DNA of 64,000 bases from Squalus acanthias (Eukaryota). The notes beneath the pieces were generated by a model. It was not told where the DNA came from and ran no database searches. It saw only the letters and a program-made list of their open reading frames with translations. Of this stretch, positions 11,650-23,155 are shown piece after piece. Positions within the stretch are counted from its first letter, which is position 1. The number at the start of each line of letters is the position of its first letter. Location of the stretch: contig CM059432.1 of the NCBI GenBank assembly GCA_030390025.1, positions 54,438,001 through 54,502,000 on the forward strand. Reading direction: 5' to 3'. The position numbers and the translations under genes are program-made.

Positions 11650-14171
11650 CAAAGTATTTGTTTAATTTCTCTGCCACTTCCTTATTCTCCATTATAATTT
11701 CTCCTGTCTCAGCCTGTAAGGGACCCACATTTACTTTCGCTAATCTTTTCCTTTTTATATATCTATAGAAGTTTTTACAGTTTGTTTTTATGTCTCTCGC
11801 TAGTTTACTCTCATATTCTATTTTCCCTTTCTTTATCAATTTCTTGTTCCTCCTTTGCTGAATTCTAAAATCCTCCCAACCCTCGGGCTTACTACACTTT
11901 TTGGCAACGTTATAAGCCTCTTTCTTTGATCTAATACTATCTTTAACTTCTCTTGTTAGCCACGATTGGACCACTTTTCCTGTGGGGTTTATGTGCCTTA
12001 AAGGAATGTATATTTGTTGTAAAATATGTATTAATTCTTTAAATGCTAGCCATTGCTTGTCTACCATCATACCTTTTAATGTAGTTTCCCAATCTACTGT
12101 AGCCAACTCGCCCCTCATACCTACGTAGTTTCCTTTGTTTAGATTTAAGACCCTAGTTTCGGATTTAACTAAATCACTTTCAAACTCAATATAAAATTCT
12201 ATCATATTATGGTCACTCTTCCCTAAAGGCCCCTTTACTACAAAGTTATTAATTAACCCTTTCTCATTGCACAATACAAGATCTAAAATAGCCTATTCCC
12301 TAGTTGGTTCCTCAACATACTGATCCAGAAAACTATCTTGCATACATTCCATGAATTCGTCCTCCACATTATTACTGCAAATGTGTTTGCCCTGTCTATA
12401 TGTAGATCACTGTATTACCCTTGTTACGTGCGCCTCTAATTTCCTGATTTATACTCTGTCCTACATTACAACTACTGTTTGGGTGCCTATAAACAACTCC
12501 CACCAATGTTTTCTGTTTCTTAGCTCCACCCAAACTGATTCTACTTCTTGATTTTCGGAGCTAAGACCCTTTTGCTCTACTGTCTTTATCCCATCCTTTA
12601 TTATCAGGGCTGCCCATCCTCCTTTTCCATTTTGCCTATCTCTTCTAAAAGTTAAGTATCCTGGAATATTTAATTCCGAACCTTGGCCACTTTGCAACCA
12701 CGCCTCCGTTATGGCTATTAGATCAAACCTGTTAATTTCTATCTGCGCTATTAATTCATCTATTTTGTTGCGAATGCTTCACGCATTCAGATATAGTGCC
12801 TTTAGCTTTGACTTATTTCTATTTTTCCCTGATGTCACTTTAGTCACTGATGCCTTATTACCTTTGTTACTCTCTCTGTCCCTTCCTGACCCACTCTGCT
12901 TATTTTTACCCAAAACTCTACTCTGCTCTAGAGCCTTGACATTTCTCTTGCTGCTTTTAAATTTACACTTTCCTGAATAATCCCACCCACCTCCCCTTCA
13001 TTAATTTAAAGCCCTGAGGAATTGCGAATGGAACTGAACACTGTGCAATCATCAACGAATATCCCTACTTCTCACCTTATGATGAAGCAGCTGAAGATGG
13101 TTGGGCCTAGGACACTGCCCTGAGGACCTCCTGTGGCGATGTTCTGAGGCTAAGATGATTGGCCTCCAACAACCAAAACCATCTTCCTTTGTGCTAGGTA
13201 TGACTCCAGCCAGTGGAGAGTTATCCTCCTGATTCCCATTGACTTCAATTTTACTAGAGCTCCTTGGTGCCACATTCGGTCAAATGCTGCCTTAATGTCA
13301 AGGGCAGTCATTCTCTCCTCACCTCTGGAATTCTTTTGTCCATTTTTTAACCAAGGCTGTAATAAAGTCTGGAGCTGAGTGGTCCTGGCAGAACCCAAAC
13401 TGAGCATCGGTGAGCAGGTTATTGGTGAGTATGTGCCACTTGATAGCACTGTCGACGACATCTTCTATCACTTTGCTGATGATTGAGAGTAGGCTGATGG
13501 GGCGGTAATTGCCGATATTGGATTTGTCCTGCTTTTTGTGGACTGGACACACCTGAGAAATGTTTCACTTTGTCGAGGAGATGCCAGTGTTGTAGCTGTT
13601 TTGGAACAGCTTGGCTAGAGGCACAAGTCTTCAGCACGATAGCTGGGATGTTGTCAGGGCCCATAGCCTTTGCTGTATCCAGTGCACTCAGCCATTTCTT
13701 GCTATCACGTGGAGTGAATTGAATTGGCTGAAGACTGGCTTCTGAGTTGGTGGGGACCTCAAGAGGAGGCCGAGATGGATCATCCACTCGGCACTTCTGG
13801 CTGAAGATGGTTGCGAACGCTTCAGCCTTATCATTTGCACTCACGTTCTGGGCTCCGCCATCAATGCGGATGTGGATGTTCATGGAGCCTCCTCCTCCTG
13901 TTAGTTGTTTAATTCCCCACCACCATTCATGACTGGATGTGGCAGGATTCCAGAGCTTTGATCTGATCCATTGTTTATGGGATCGCTTGGTTCTGTTTAT
14001 AGCATGCTGCTTCTGCTGTTTAGCAAGCGGAGCAGGCTCGAGGGGCCAAATGGCCTATTCCTGCCCCTATTTCTTATGTTCTTATGAGGAAATGATTTTG
14101 CTACCTAGATACTTGCTTTTCTTTTAATCAGTGTTTGCACTATAGATAATTCTAATTACCTAATTGCTGCA

Positions 14172-14287
14172 CAGACTGCAGTGATTCAAGAAGGTAGCCC
14201 ACCACGTACTCAAGGCCAATTAGGGATGGGCAATAAATGTTGGCCTTGCCAGCGACGCCTACATCCCATGAACGAATACAAAAAAAT
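14172..14287 (+). mobile_element. Short 3' tail of CR1 family B
   Basis: CTGCAG..TTCAAGAAGG..AATTAGGGATGGGCAATAAAT..CATCCCATGAACGAAT-A tail. Confidence 0.85.
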
Positions 14288-14974
14288 TGCCTCATATAGC
14301 TACAAGAGTTAATTTTCCACACCAGAATATCTCGTCTTCAGTCATTCTACTTGAATTTTCAATTCAAGGACAGCATATTCAACAATAAAATTCAGTTCTG
14401 CTTTCTGTGAGAGCACAAATTAGCAAGTACTGCTATTCTTTGCGAAAGGAAGTGATTTGTAGAATGTACGATAGGAACTTTCAAGCAGTCACAAGCAAGG
14501 ACATGTGACGAGCATCTATCAGCTAGAAACTGTTTGTATCAGATCTACTCATGCTTGAAAGAAGTTGATCATACCATTAAATACTGCTGTATATGGAAAA
14601 GTGCTGCACCTGACTTAAAACATGTAAATCCAAAGAAAAGCTCCAGAAATTGAGTCATTTGTTGGTGCATTAAGGCAATGCATTGCAGGATACAGGTTTG
14701 TGGCTGCAATTCCACATACAATGAGATTCTTATCTTTGGAAGGTCAAAAGAAAGGTTTTGGCTGAGGTGGTTGGAACGCGGTCATTTTTGGTGTTTTCAA
14801 GTTATTCTGAAACATCCAAATCTGACTTACTTTGGATCTCCAATTTGGATCAGTATTCATCTGCACTGCTATTTGCACAATACAAGCTGGGATCCATTGC
14901 ATTTAGTCAAGTGTTGGAGAATAAGAACACATACTTTATCAAATAATACTATTTTGTCTGAACTAAGTTTTGAT

Positions 14975-15622
14975 TGGAATTGGGGACAGTCCCCGGTATT
15001 CGGAATAGATCGAGTCATGGTGGGGGGGTTGGAGCATGGCAATCGGGAGGGAGAGAGGGAGGCAAAGATTGGGTCATGGTGGAGGGTTGAGAGCATAGCA
15101 ATTGGGAGGGAAGCAAAGCTTGGGGCATGGTGGTGGGGTTGAAGCATGACAATCGGGAGAGAGGCAAAGATCGGAGCATGGTCAGGTGGTGGGGGGGGTG
15201 GTGGGTTCGGACAATCGCTGCAGCTAAGAGAAGCCACGATCGGCAGAAGGTTTGCTTGAGGGGCCGGGGGAGTACTCATGCTCTTCCTGGCTCACAAGCA
15301 ATGCTATAAGAAGCACTTATCTGCTTGATTCAGCTGCTCTTGTCTCCATTTAGCTGCCAGGTTTCCTGAGCCGAGCGAAACTCGGTCGGCCAGAGTTAAA
15401 TTTAAATCAGGCTCCCAACTGCACTGTGGAAGCCTGATTTAAATATTATAATGAAGTATCCCACCTCTCAAGAGCAGGACACAGACATGCCATGCAACCC
15501 ATTGCCGTAAAAATGGCAGCAGACGTGTACGTGGCGAGTTGGGGCTACATTTTGCGATTTTAATTTTTAAACCCTCAACCGACCCGCTCCTGCCCATCAC
15601 AGGTGGGTTAATATCAAACCCC
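14975..15622. mobile_element. Degraded Harbinger-type non-autonomous element with ~50-58 bp minisatellite (15016-15185)
   Basis: Right terminus AATATCAAACCCC; same internal motif and layout as 640-1298. Confidence 0.5.
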
Positions 15623-15624
15623 TA

Positions 15625-15895
15625 CTCACTATTTTCTCCCTTCTAACCAATTTTTAACCCACATGTTATCCTTCCACTAATTCCATACCACTGAATCTTC
15701 TCTAGTAATCCTCTGTGTGGTACCTTATCAAAGGCTTTTCCAAAGTCCATATACACTGTATCCATTGCATTTCCCCCGTCAACCATATCTGTTACCTGCT
15801 CAAAGAATTCTATGAGGTTGGTCGAACACCATCATAGTTCTGAAATCCATACTGGCTACTTTTAACTATTTTCACTTTATCTAAATATGTGGCAA
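15625..15895 (-). mobile_element. Old CR1 RT fragment
   Basis: Reverse strand encodes decayed SQYGF...YMDFGKAFDKVPH. Confidence 0.8.
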
Positions 15896-16747
15896 TGTCT
15901 GTCTGTAAATCAGCTTCGACCAACTTTTCATTGCCTGAGAAACAAAACAATATCTCTGGAGATTTTGGTGGTCTAAGCAGGGGTAACAAAGACATAGCCT
16001 GTGATGTAGCCTTTTTTCATATATTAAGGGGTCTCTTTTATGTGTATATGGGGGGGAATTGCAAGTTTTTGTGCACAGGAGACTCACTCTTCATGTATGG
16101 AGATTGTGCTTATTGTAGATTTGGGTCTCACTTTTAAAGGTGGATGTGGGTCTCACTTTTAAGGGTCACATTTTTTATTTGGATGGGGGTGACACCTTGT
16201 TGTGTATGGGGTCTCACCTTTTGAATCTATAGGGGTTTTGGGCCGGAATTTTCCGGGGTGGTAGCGGGCGCGATCGGAGGCGGGTCAGGTGGGAAATTTG
16301 TTATTTTTGGGAGCGGGTCAGGAACCTGCTGTCATCCCGCTCCCACGTGCCTTTCCCCCAGACGCATCTGTCAGTGCGGACCCAACCCGGCCAGCAGAGG
16401 CGGACGACCCAATTTAAATTATTAGTAGCTAGTAGCCAGAGTGGCTTTAACCTTACCTTTTAAATTTAACTGAATGGCCACGGGAAACACGCTGCTCGGG
16501 AACCACGTCTGTCAACCTGAGGTGGGAGTTCAGTGGCCATTGCGCCAGCTGATTAGTTGACAGCATCAAATCTACTATAAAAGCTCCCACTTGATAGATG
16601 ATCATTTTCCTCAGCAGAAGCTGTTTCTCACTGCATTCCCAGCACAGATTCTGCAGGCTGCAGTCTTTCCAGCAAAGTCTCCATCGAGTGTCACCTCATT
16701 GGAAGAACCTCTCCCACCATTACTTCTGTCATCTCTACTTCATCTGC

Positions 16748-16967
16748 ATGGATGCCGTTTATACTGTCTCACCTTGGTCCTCAGAATCTGACCACGATGA
16801 ACCCCAACACCAGCAGCACCAGGTACACCAGCAGCACCAACAACAACACCATCAAACTTCTCCGCAATCACCTGATGCTGCACAGGACCGAGGCCATCAG
16901 CACCCGAGCACAGTACTGCCCGGGAGGCCAGGGATGGCCTCATCATGGCCAGATTTACTTCACTTGA
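16748..16967 (+). pseudogene. Harbinger transposase remnant: N-terminal Q/H-rich leader joined to extreme C-terminus, catalytic core deleted
   Basis: DEPQHQQ..AAQDRGHQH followed (other frame) by AREARDGLIMARF, resembling the C-terminal helix of the transposase at 54736 (AARALQQRLIEECF). Confidence 0.6.
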
Positions 16968-17458
16968 TGCTGTCCACCCATATGGCTGCCACATGATGTG
17001 CCAGGTTAGCACCGCCCCAGAGCAACACCATAAAGCATCCCTGCAATGACCAAGCCATTCTTTTCACACTCACCACCTTTGCTGGAGGTACCATTATGTC
17101 TCACTATTCATTGCAAATCACTAAGCCACTTAAAAAGGCGCACACAAATATGTCCAAGACCGGAAAGTGTTGAAAATAAAGTTTTTTTTTAAAGGTATAA
17201 AAATGCAAACACAAATACACACATATACATAAAAACACACAAACACACAAACACAAACAGCCTCTATTTATTTCTCAGCAATCGTCAAATTTGTAAGAAC
17301 CTACTAATACTTTTACAACGAGCTTGATTGAAACCTAAATGATTCCAAGGTAGCGCAACGTAAATATTTAGAAACATAGAAAAATAGGAGCAGGAGTAAG
17401 CCATTTGGCCCTTCGAGCCTGCTCCGCCATTCAATATGATCATGGCTGATCTTCTATC

Positions 17459-20210
17459 TCAGTACCATATTCCCGCTCTCTCCCCATACCCCTTGATGCC
17501 TTTTGTGTCTAGAAATCTATCTATCTCCTTCTTAAATATATTCAGTGGCTTGGCCTCCACAACCTTCTGTGGTAGAGAATTCCATGGGTTCACCACCATC
17601 TGAGTGAAGAAATTTCTCCTCATCTCAGTCCTAAATGTCCTACCCCGTATCCTAAGACTGTGAACCCTCGTTCTAGACCCCCCAGCCAGGGGAAACATCC
17701 TCCCGGCATCCAGTCTGTCTAGCCCTGTCAGAATTTTATACGTTTCAATGAGATCCCCTCTCATTCTTCTAAACTCTAGTGAATACAGGCCTAGTCGACC
17801 CAATCTCTCCTCATACGACAGTCCTGCCATCCCAGGAATCAGTCTAGTGAACCTTTGCTGCACTCCCTCTATGGCAAGTATAGCCTTTCTTAGGTAAGGA
17901 GACCAAAACTGCACACAGTACTCCAGGTGTGGTCTCACCAAGGTCCTGTATAACTGTAGTAAGACATCCTTGTTCCTGTACTCAAATCCTCTTGCAATGA
18001 AGGCCAACATACCATTTGCCTTCCTAACTGCTTGCTGCACCTGCATGTTTGCTTTCAGTGACTGGTGTACAAGGACACCCAGGTCCCTTTGTACATCAAC
18101 ATTTCCCAATCTATCACCATTTAAATAATACTCTGCCTTTCTGTTTTTCCTACCGAAGTGGATAACTTCACATTTATCCACGTTATACTGCATCTGCCAT
18201 GTATTTGCCCACTCACTCAACTTGTCTAAATCGCCTTGAAGCCTCTTTGCATCCTCTTCACAACTCACAATCCCACCTAGTTTCGTGTCGTCAACAAATT
18301 TGGAAATATTACATTTGGTTCCCTCATCCAAATCATTGATATATATTGTGAATAGCTGGGGCCCAAGCACTGATCCCTGTGGTACCCCACTAGTCACCGC
18401 CTGCCACCCTGAAAAAGACCCATTTATTCCTACTCTCTGTTTCCTGTCTGTTAACCAATTTTTAATCCATGCCAGTATATTACCCCCAATCCCATGTGCT
18501 TTAATTTTGCGCACTAACCTCATATGTGGGACTTTATCAAAGGCCTTCTGAAAATCCAAATACATCACATCCACTGGTTCTCCCTTATCTATTCTACCAG
18601 TTACATCCTCAAAAAACTCCAGTAGGTTTGTCAAACACGATTTCCCTTTCATAAATCCATGTTGACTTTGTCTAATCCCATTGATATTTTCTAAGTGTCC
18701 TGTTATCATTTCCTTTATAATAGACTCTAGCATTTTCCCTACTACTGATGTTCCCTGTTTTCTCTCTCTCTCCTTTTTTAAATAGTGGGGTTACATTTGC
18801 CACCCTCCAATCTGCAAGAACTGTTCCATAATCTATAGAATTTTGGAAGATGACAACCAATGCATCCACTATTTCCATGGCTACCTCTTTTAGTACTCTG
18901 GGATGCAGATTATCAGACCCTGGGGATTTATCGGCTTTCAGCCCCGTTAATTTCTCAAGCACTATTTTTTTACTAATACTAATTTCCTTTAATTCCTCCT
19001 TCTCACTAGACACTTGGTTCCCTAGCATTTCTGGGAAGTTATTTGAGTCCTCTTCCATGAAGACAGAACCAAAGTATTTGTTTAATTGCTCAGCCATTTC
19101 CTTGTTCCCCATTATAAATTCTCCTGTTTCTGATTGTAAGGGACCTACATTTGTCTTCACTAATCTTTTTCTTTTTACATACTTGTAGAAGCTTTTACAG
19201 TCCGCTTTTATGTTCCTTGCAAGTTTATTCTCATACTCTATTTTTCCCCTCTTAATCAATCTCTTGGTCCTTTTTTTCTGAACTCTAAACTTCTCCCAAT
19301 CCTCAGGCTTGCTACTTTTTCTAGCAACTTTATATGACTCCTCTTTGGATCTAATACTATCCTTAATTTCTTTTGTTAGCCAGAAAGGAATGTATAACTA
19401 TTGCAATTCATGCATTTGTTCCTTAAATGTTAGCCATTACCTATCCACTGTCATGCCTTTTAATGAAGCTCCCCAATCTATCATAGTCAACTCACTCCTC
19501 ATACCTTCGTAGTTTCCTTTGTTTAGATTTAGGACCCTAGTTTCGGATTGGACTTCTTCACTTTCCATCTTAATGAAGAATTCTATCATGTTATGGTCAC
19601 TCTTCCCTAAAGGACCCCGCACAACATGATTATTAAGTAACCCCTTCTCATTGCACAATACCCAACCTGTTCCCTAGTTGGCTCCTCAACGTGCTGGTCT
19701 AAAAAACCATCTCGTACACACTCCAGGAATTCATCCTCCACAGTATTATTGCTAATTTGGTTTGGCCAGTCTATATGTAGATTAAAGTCACTCATGATTA
19801 CTCTAGTACCCTTGTTACATGCATCTCTAATTTCCTGTTTGATGTCATCCCCTACATTACCACTACTGTTTGGAGGCCTATAGACAACTCCCACCAATGT
19901 TTTCTGCCCCTTGGTGCTTCTTAGCTCCACCCAGACTGATTCTACATCTTGATTTTCTGAGCCAATATCCTTTCTCACTATTGCTCTGATTTCATCCTTT
20001 ACTAACAACGCCACCTCACCTTCTTTTCCTTTTCACCTGTCCTTCCTAAATATCGAATATCCTTGGATATTCAGCTCCCAGCCTTGGTCATCCTGCAGCC
20101 ATGTCTCCGTAATCGCAATTATAACGTATTCATTTACATCTATTTGCGCTGTTAATTCGTCTACCTTATTACGAATGCTTCATGCTTTCAGATACAGTGC
20201 CTTTAGATTT
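17459..20210 (-). pseudogene. CR1 ORF2 (APE endonuclease + reverse transcriptase), frameshifted; RT-to-end part open for 424 aa (17459-18733)
   Basis: [63 protein letters not shown]. Confidence 0.95.
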
Positions 20211-20459
20211 GTCTTTTCAACATTTTTAGACATCTTAACATTTTTTTGTACTATGGCCCTATTTGTCTTATTACCATTTTTTCTTACCCGGACCTTATTT
20301 GTTAGTGCACTCCTTTGTTTGTACGCCCTGTCCCTTCCTGACACAATCTGGTTATCCTTACCCCAATCACTTTCCTGCACTGCTTCCTTGTCTTTTCTCT
20401 TTAGCATTCCAGATTTCTCTCCACCGGGACCCTTCCCCCCGCCCCCCCCCCCCACTTAT

Positions 20460-21403
20460 TTAGTTTAAAGCCCTATCTACCTCTCTAGTTATTCAATTCG
20501 CTAGAACTCTGGTCCCAGCATGGTTCAGGTGTAATCCGTCCCAACGGAACAGCTCTCTCTTTCCCCAGTACTGGTGCCAGTGCCCCACGAGTCGAAACCC
20601 ACTTCTCCCACACCAATCTTTCAGCCATGCATTCATCTCCCTGATCCTATTGACCCTATGCCAATTTGCTCGTGGCTCCAGTAATAATCCAGAGATTATG
20701 ACCTTTGCGGTTCTGCTTTCTAATTTAGTTCCTAGCTGCTCAAACTCTCTCAGCAGAACCTCTTTCTTTGTCCTACCTATGTCATTGGTACCTACGTGGA
20801 CCATGAGAACTGGATCCTCCCCCTCTCACTCCAAGTTCTTCCCCCCGGAGGAGATGTCTTTACCCTGGCACAGGGTAGGCAACATAACCTTCGGGACTCA
20901 CGCTCCTGGCTGCAGAGAACAGTGTCTATCCCCCGAACTATACTGTCACCTACTACAATCATCTTCCTTTTTACTCCCCCCACTTCAACACCTTCCTGTA
21001 CCACGGTGCCGTGGTCAGTTTGCTCGTCCTCCCCGCAGTCCCCGCGCTTGTCCACAAGGATTGCAAGAACCTCAAATCTATTGGACAAGTGTAGGGACTG
21101 AGGCAATACTACCCCCTGGATCCCCATACCTGCCTCACTCGCAGTCACACCCTCCTGTCCCTGACCACGTGTCAATTCTAAAGTATTTAATCTAAGGGGT
21201 GTGGTTGCCTCCTGGAGCAAAAGGTCCAGGTAACTTTCTCCCTCCCTGATGTCTCGCAATGTCTGCAGCTCAGACTCCAGCTCCTCAACTCGGAGCCGAA
21301 GTTCCTCGAGCCGCAGACACTTACCACAGATGGAGTCGCCCTGGACAAAAATGTCCACAAGCTCCCACATATTGCAGCAGCAACACATCTCCTGTTCTCC
21401 CAT
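20460..21403 (-). pseudogene. CR1 ORF1: CxxC..CxxC zinc finger, coiled coil, SGNH/GDSL esterase; frameshifted
   Basis: CCCCNMWE..CGKC, LRLRVEELESELQTL, VVGDSIVRG, VHVGTNDIG, DGLHLN. Confidence 0.92.
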
Positions 21404-21655
21404 TATTTTATTTATTTAATTAATTAGTTTAATGTTATCAAATTATTTACCTCGTTTAGTTTATTAAATTAATTAAATTAAGTTTAGTTTTTAAAATTTA
21501 GTTACATGTTAACTTAAAACTTAGCCCACAGTCACTACCAATCACTTACCTGCCTTACCTGTGATGTCACACTGCCATTTTCTCTAGAGAGGATGTCTAT
21601 GAGCCTCTGCCATCTATTCTCCATACATAGCCATCTATTCTCCATAGAGACCATG

Positions 21656-22533
21656 GAGGAGAAATTCAGTTTCGCCCCATTTGGGGCGCAATTATCGGCC
21701 AGGCGCAAAGATTAGCGCCTGGCGCTAATTATCGCCTCCGACTGCAAACTTGGCTTTTATCGCCCCTGGAAGTGATTGCAGCGCTAAATCAGGTGCTTCA
21801 CAACTGTCTTAAGGCGCAAAGGCCGAGGAGCGAGGCGCTACCTCAGAGCGCTGGCGAAGCTCATGTGATGTCAGTCAGCAATAGAACACACACACAATGG
21901 CACGGGCCAGTTCTTAAAGGGGAGGGTTGATCTTGCTTTCCATCCACATCCTGCTCATTGCAGCCTTGAATCTCGGCCTGGAGAGACCTGTACATCAAAT
22001 CTGCTGGAAAGAACAATGGAGAGATCCAGGGAAAGAGCTCAGAGTGCAGCACCCACAGTCTCTTCTAAATCGATACAAGGAAGGGCAAATCAAAATGAAC
22101 CTGCAAAGTGCTGCTCAGTACCCAAAACTCCTTCACACAGCGTTGAATCTCTCCAGAAGTCTCTCTCTCTCTCTCTCTCTCTCTCAGAATGCGTGGTGCA
22201 AAAATGTCACCAACAAAAAAGGGCAGGAAGCGTTCGCCTTTAAATAGCGCTCCCCCAGTCCCTTCCTGACTGCAAAACGCTCGCCTCAGCCAGTCGTTCC
22301 TAGCATCAGGCGGTAAGGCAGGGGGTGCTACCGGGGCATTGCGCACTTGACTGACGTCACAATCTGCTGGCGCAGGAGATTGTGGCGGTAGTGTTTAGCG
22401 CCGCCACAAAATGTCTAGTTAATTTCGTGAGCGGTGCAAACATCGCCGCGCACGGGCGCTAGTTGCTTTGCGCCCTATTAGCGCCCTCTTAAGGTGCTAA
22501 CAGGAGGCGCAAACCAACTGAATTTTTCCCCCC
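21656..22533 (+). mobile_element. CpG-rich Harbinger-type MITE (copy 1; paralog at 60997-61888)
   Basis: TIRs GA(G/A)AAATTCAGT / ACTGAATTTTTCCCCC, TSD ATG, colinear with second copy. Confidence 0.92.
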
Positions 22534-23155
22534 ATGTGCTCCTGTGAGTGGCGCATTAGCTGCTCCATGTAGGTGGCCATCGTATCCATGGAGGAGCCTA
22601 CAGTCACCAGCGCCTACAACATGGTGGTGTTCATGTTAGAGATGGACTCCTCCATTCTCTGACCATTTGCAGACATTCCTCTCGCAAAACCTGTCAGAGC
22701 CCCCTGCACTTCTTCCTGCTCCTCCAGGATCGCCCTCTCTCTGGATGGCCCCCGAGGCTCAGCGCCTGCATGTAGCTGAGCAGAGCTAGGAGCGTCCTGC
22801 GCCCTCTGGCAAGGAGTCTCCACTGTTGTCCCTGTCTCCACCATCTGCTCTTGCTCACTTGTGAGTTATGCGACACCAGGTGACAAGACTACTCTATCTC
22901 GCATGCCACCCACCGAGGTGTGCGTATCTGCGCTGGTGTTGGGTGCGCTTATGTCTGGTGACGTTGCGTCCTCAGAGGCTGGAGGCTCCTCTGAGGAGGC
23001 ATCCTCCACTTCCTCCTGGACGGTGGGGGGGAGGGTGGTTCTTGATGGACCTGTGGGACAGTAAAAAGATGAGTTAGTTATGTCATATGAAGATTGGGTA
23101 CATATACCAATATGCACATGATGACCATTCAGTGACTGCTGACATCAGTGCCCAT

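Larger units (their letters stand above)
7969..13013 (-). mobile_element. CR1 family A (HER1-like) LINE, ORF2 region complete but disrupted, ORF1 missing
   Basis: APE motifs (IPGY..FRRDR, SDHN), RT motifs (KSPGPDG, QHGFMKGKSCLTNL, YLDFRKAFD), 3' (TTCTTATG)n tail; hosts an LTR and a MITE. Confidence 0.95.
7680..14022 (-). mobile_element. CR1 family B LINE fragment split by a family A insertion (pieces 7680-7968 and 13014-14022)
   Basis: CTTCATTAT at ~7969 rejoins CTGAGGAATTGC at 13014 as in uninterrupted copies (e.g. ~31810); RT motifs NYRPISLLS, QFGFCQDHS, LDIKAAFD. Confidence 0.9.
17369..21590 (-). mobile_element. Near full-length CR1 family A (HER1-like) LINE
   Basis: 5' UTR, ORF1, ORF2 and (TTTCTATG)-type tail all present in order. 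Confidence 0.97.

Noticed and set aside
16598..16996. Poly-Q/H ORF as a transcription factor
   Set aside because: Explained as a transposase leader remnant within Harbinger TIRs
17459..18733. 424-aa RT ORF as an active or domesticated gene
   Set aside because: Upstream ORF2 is frameshifted and carries a deletion at the NYRPVSL motif; ordinary LINE copy
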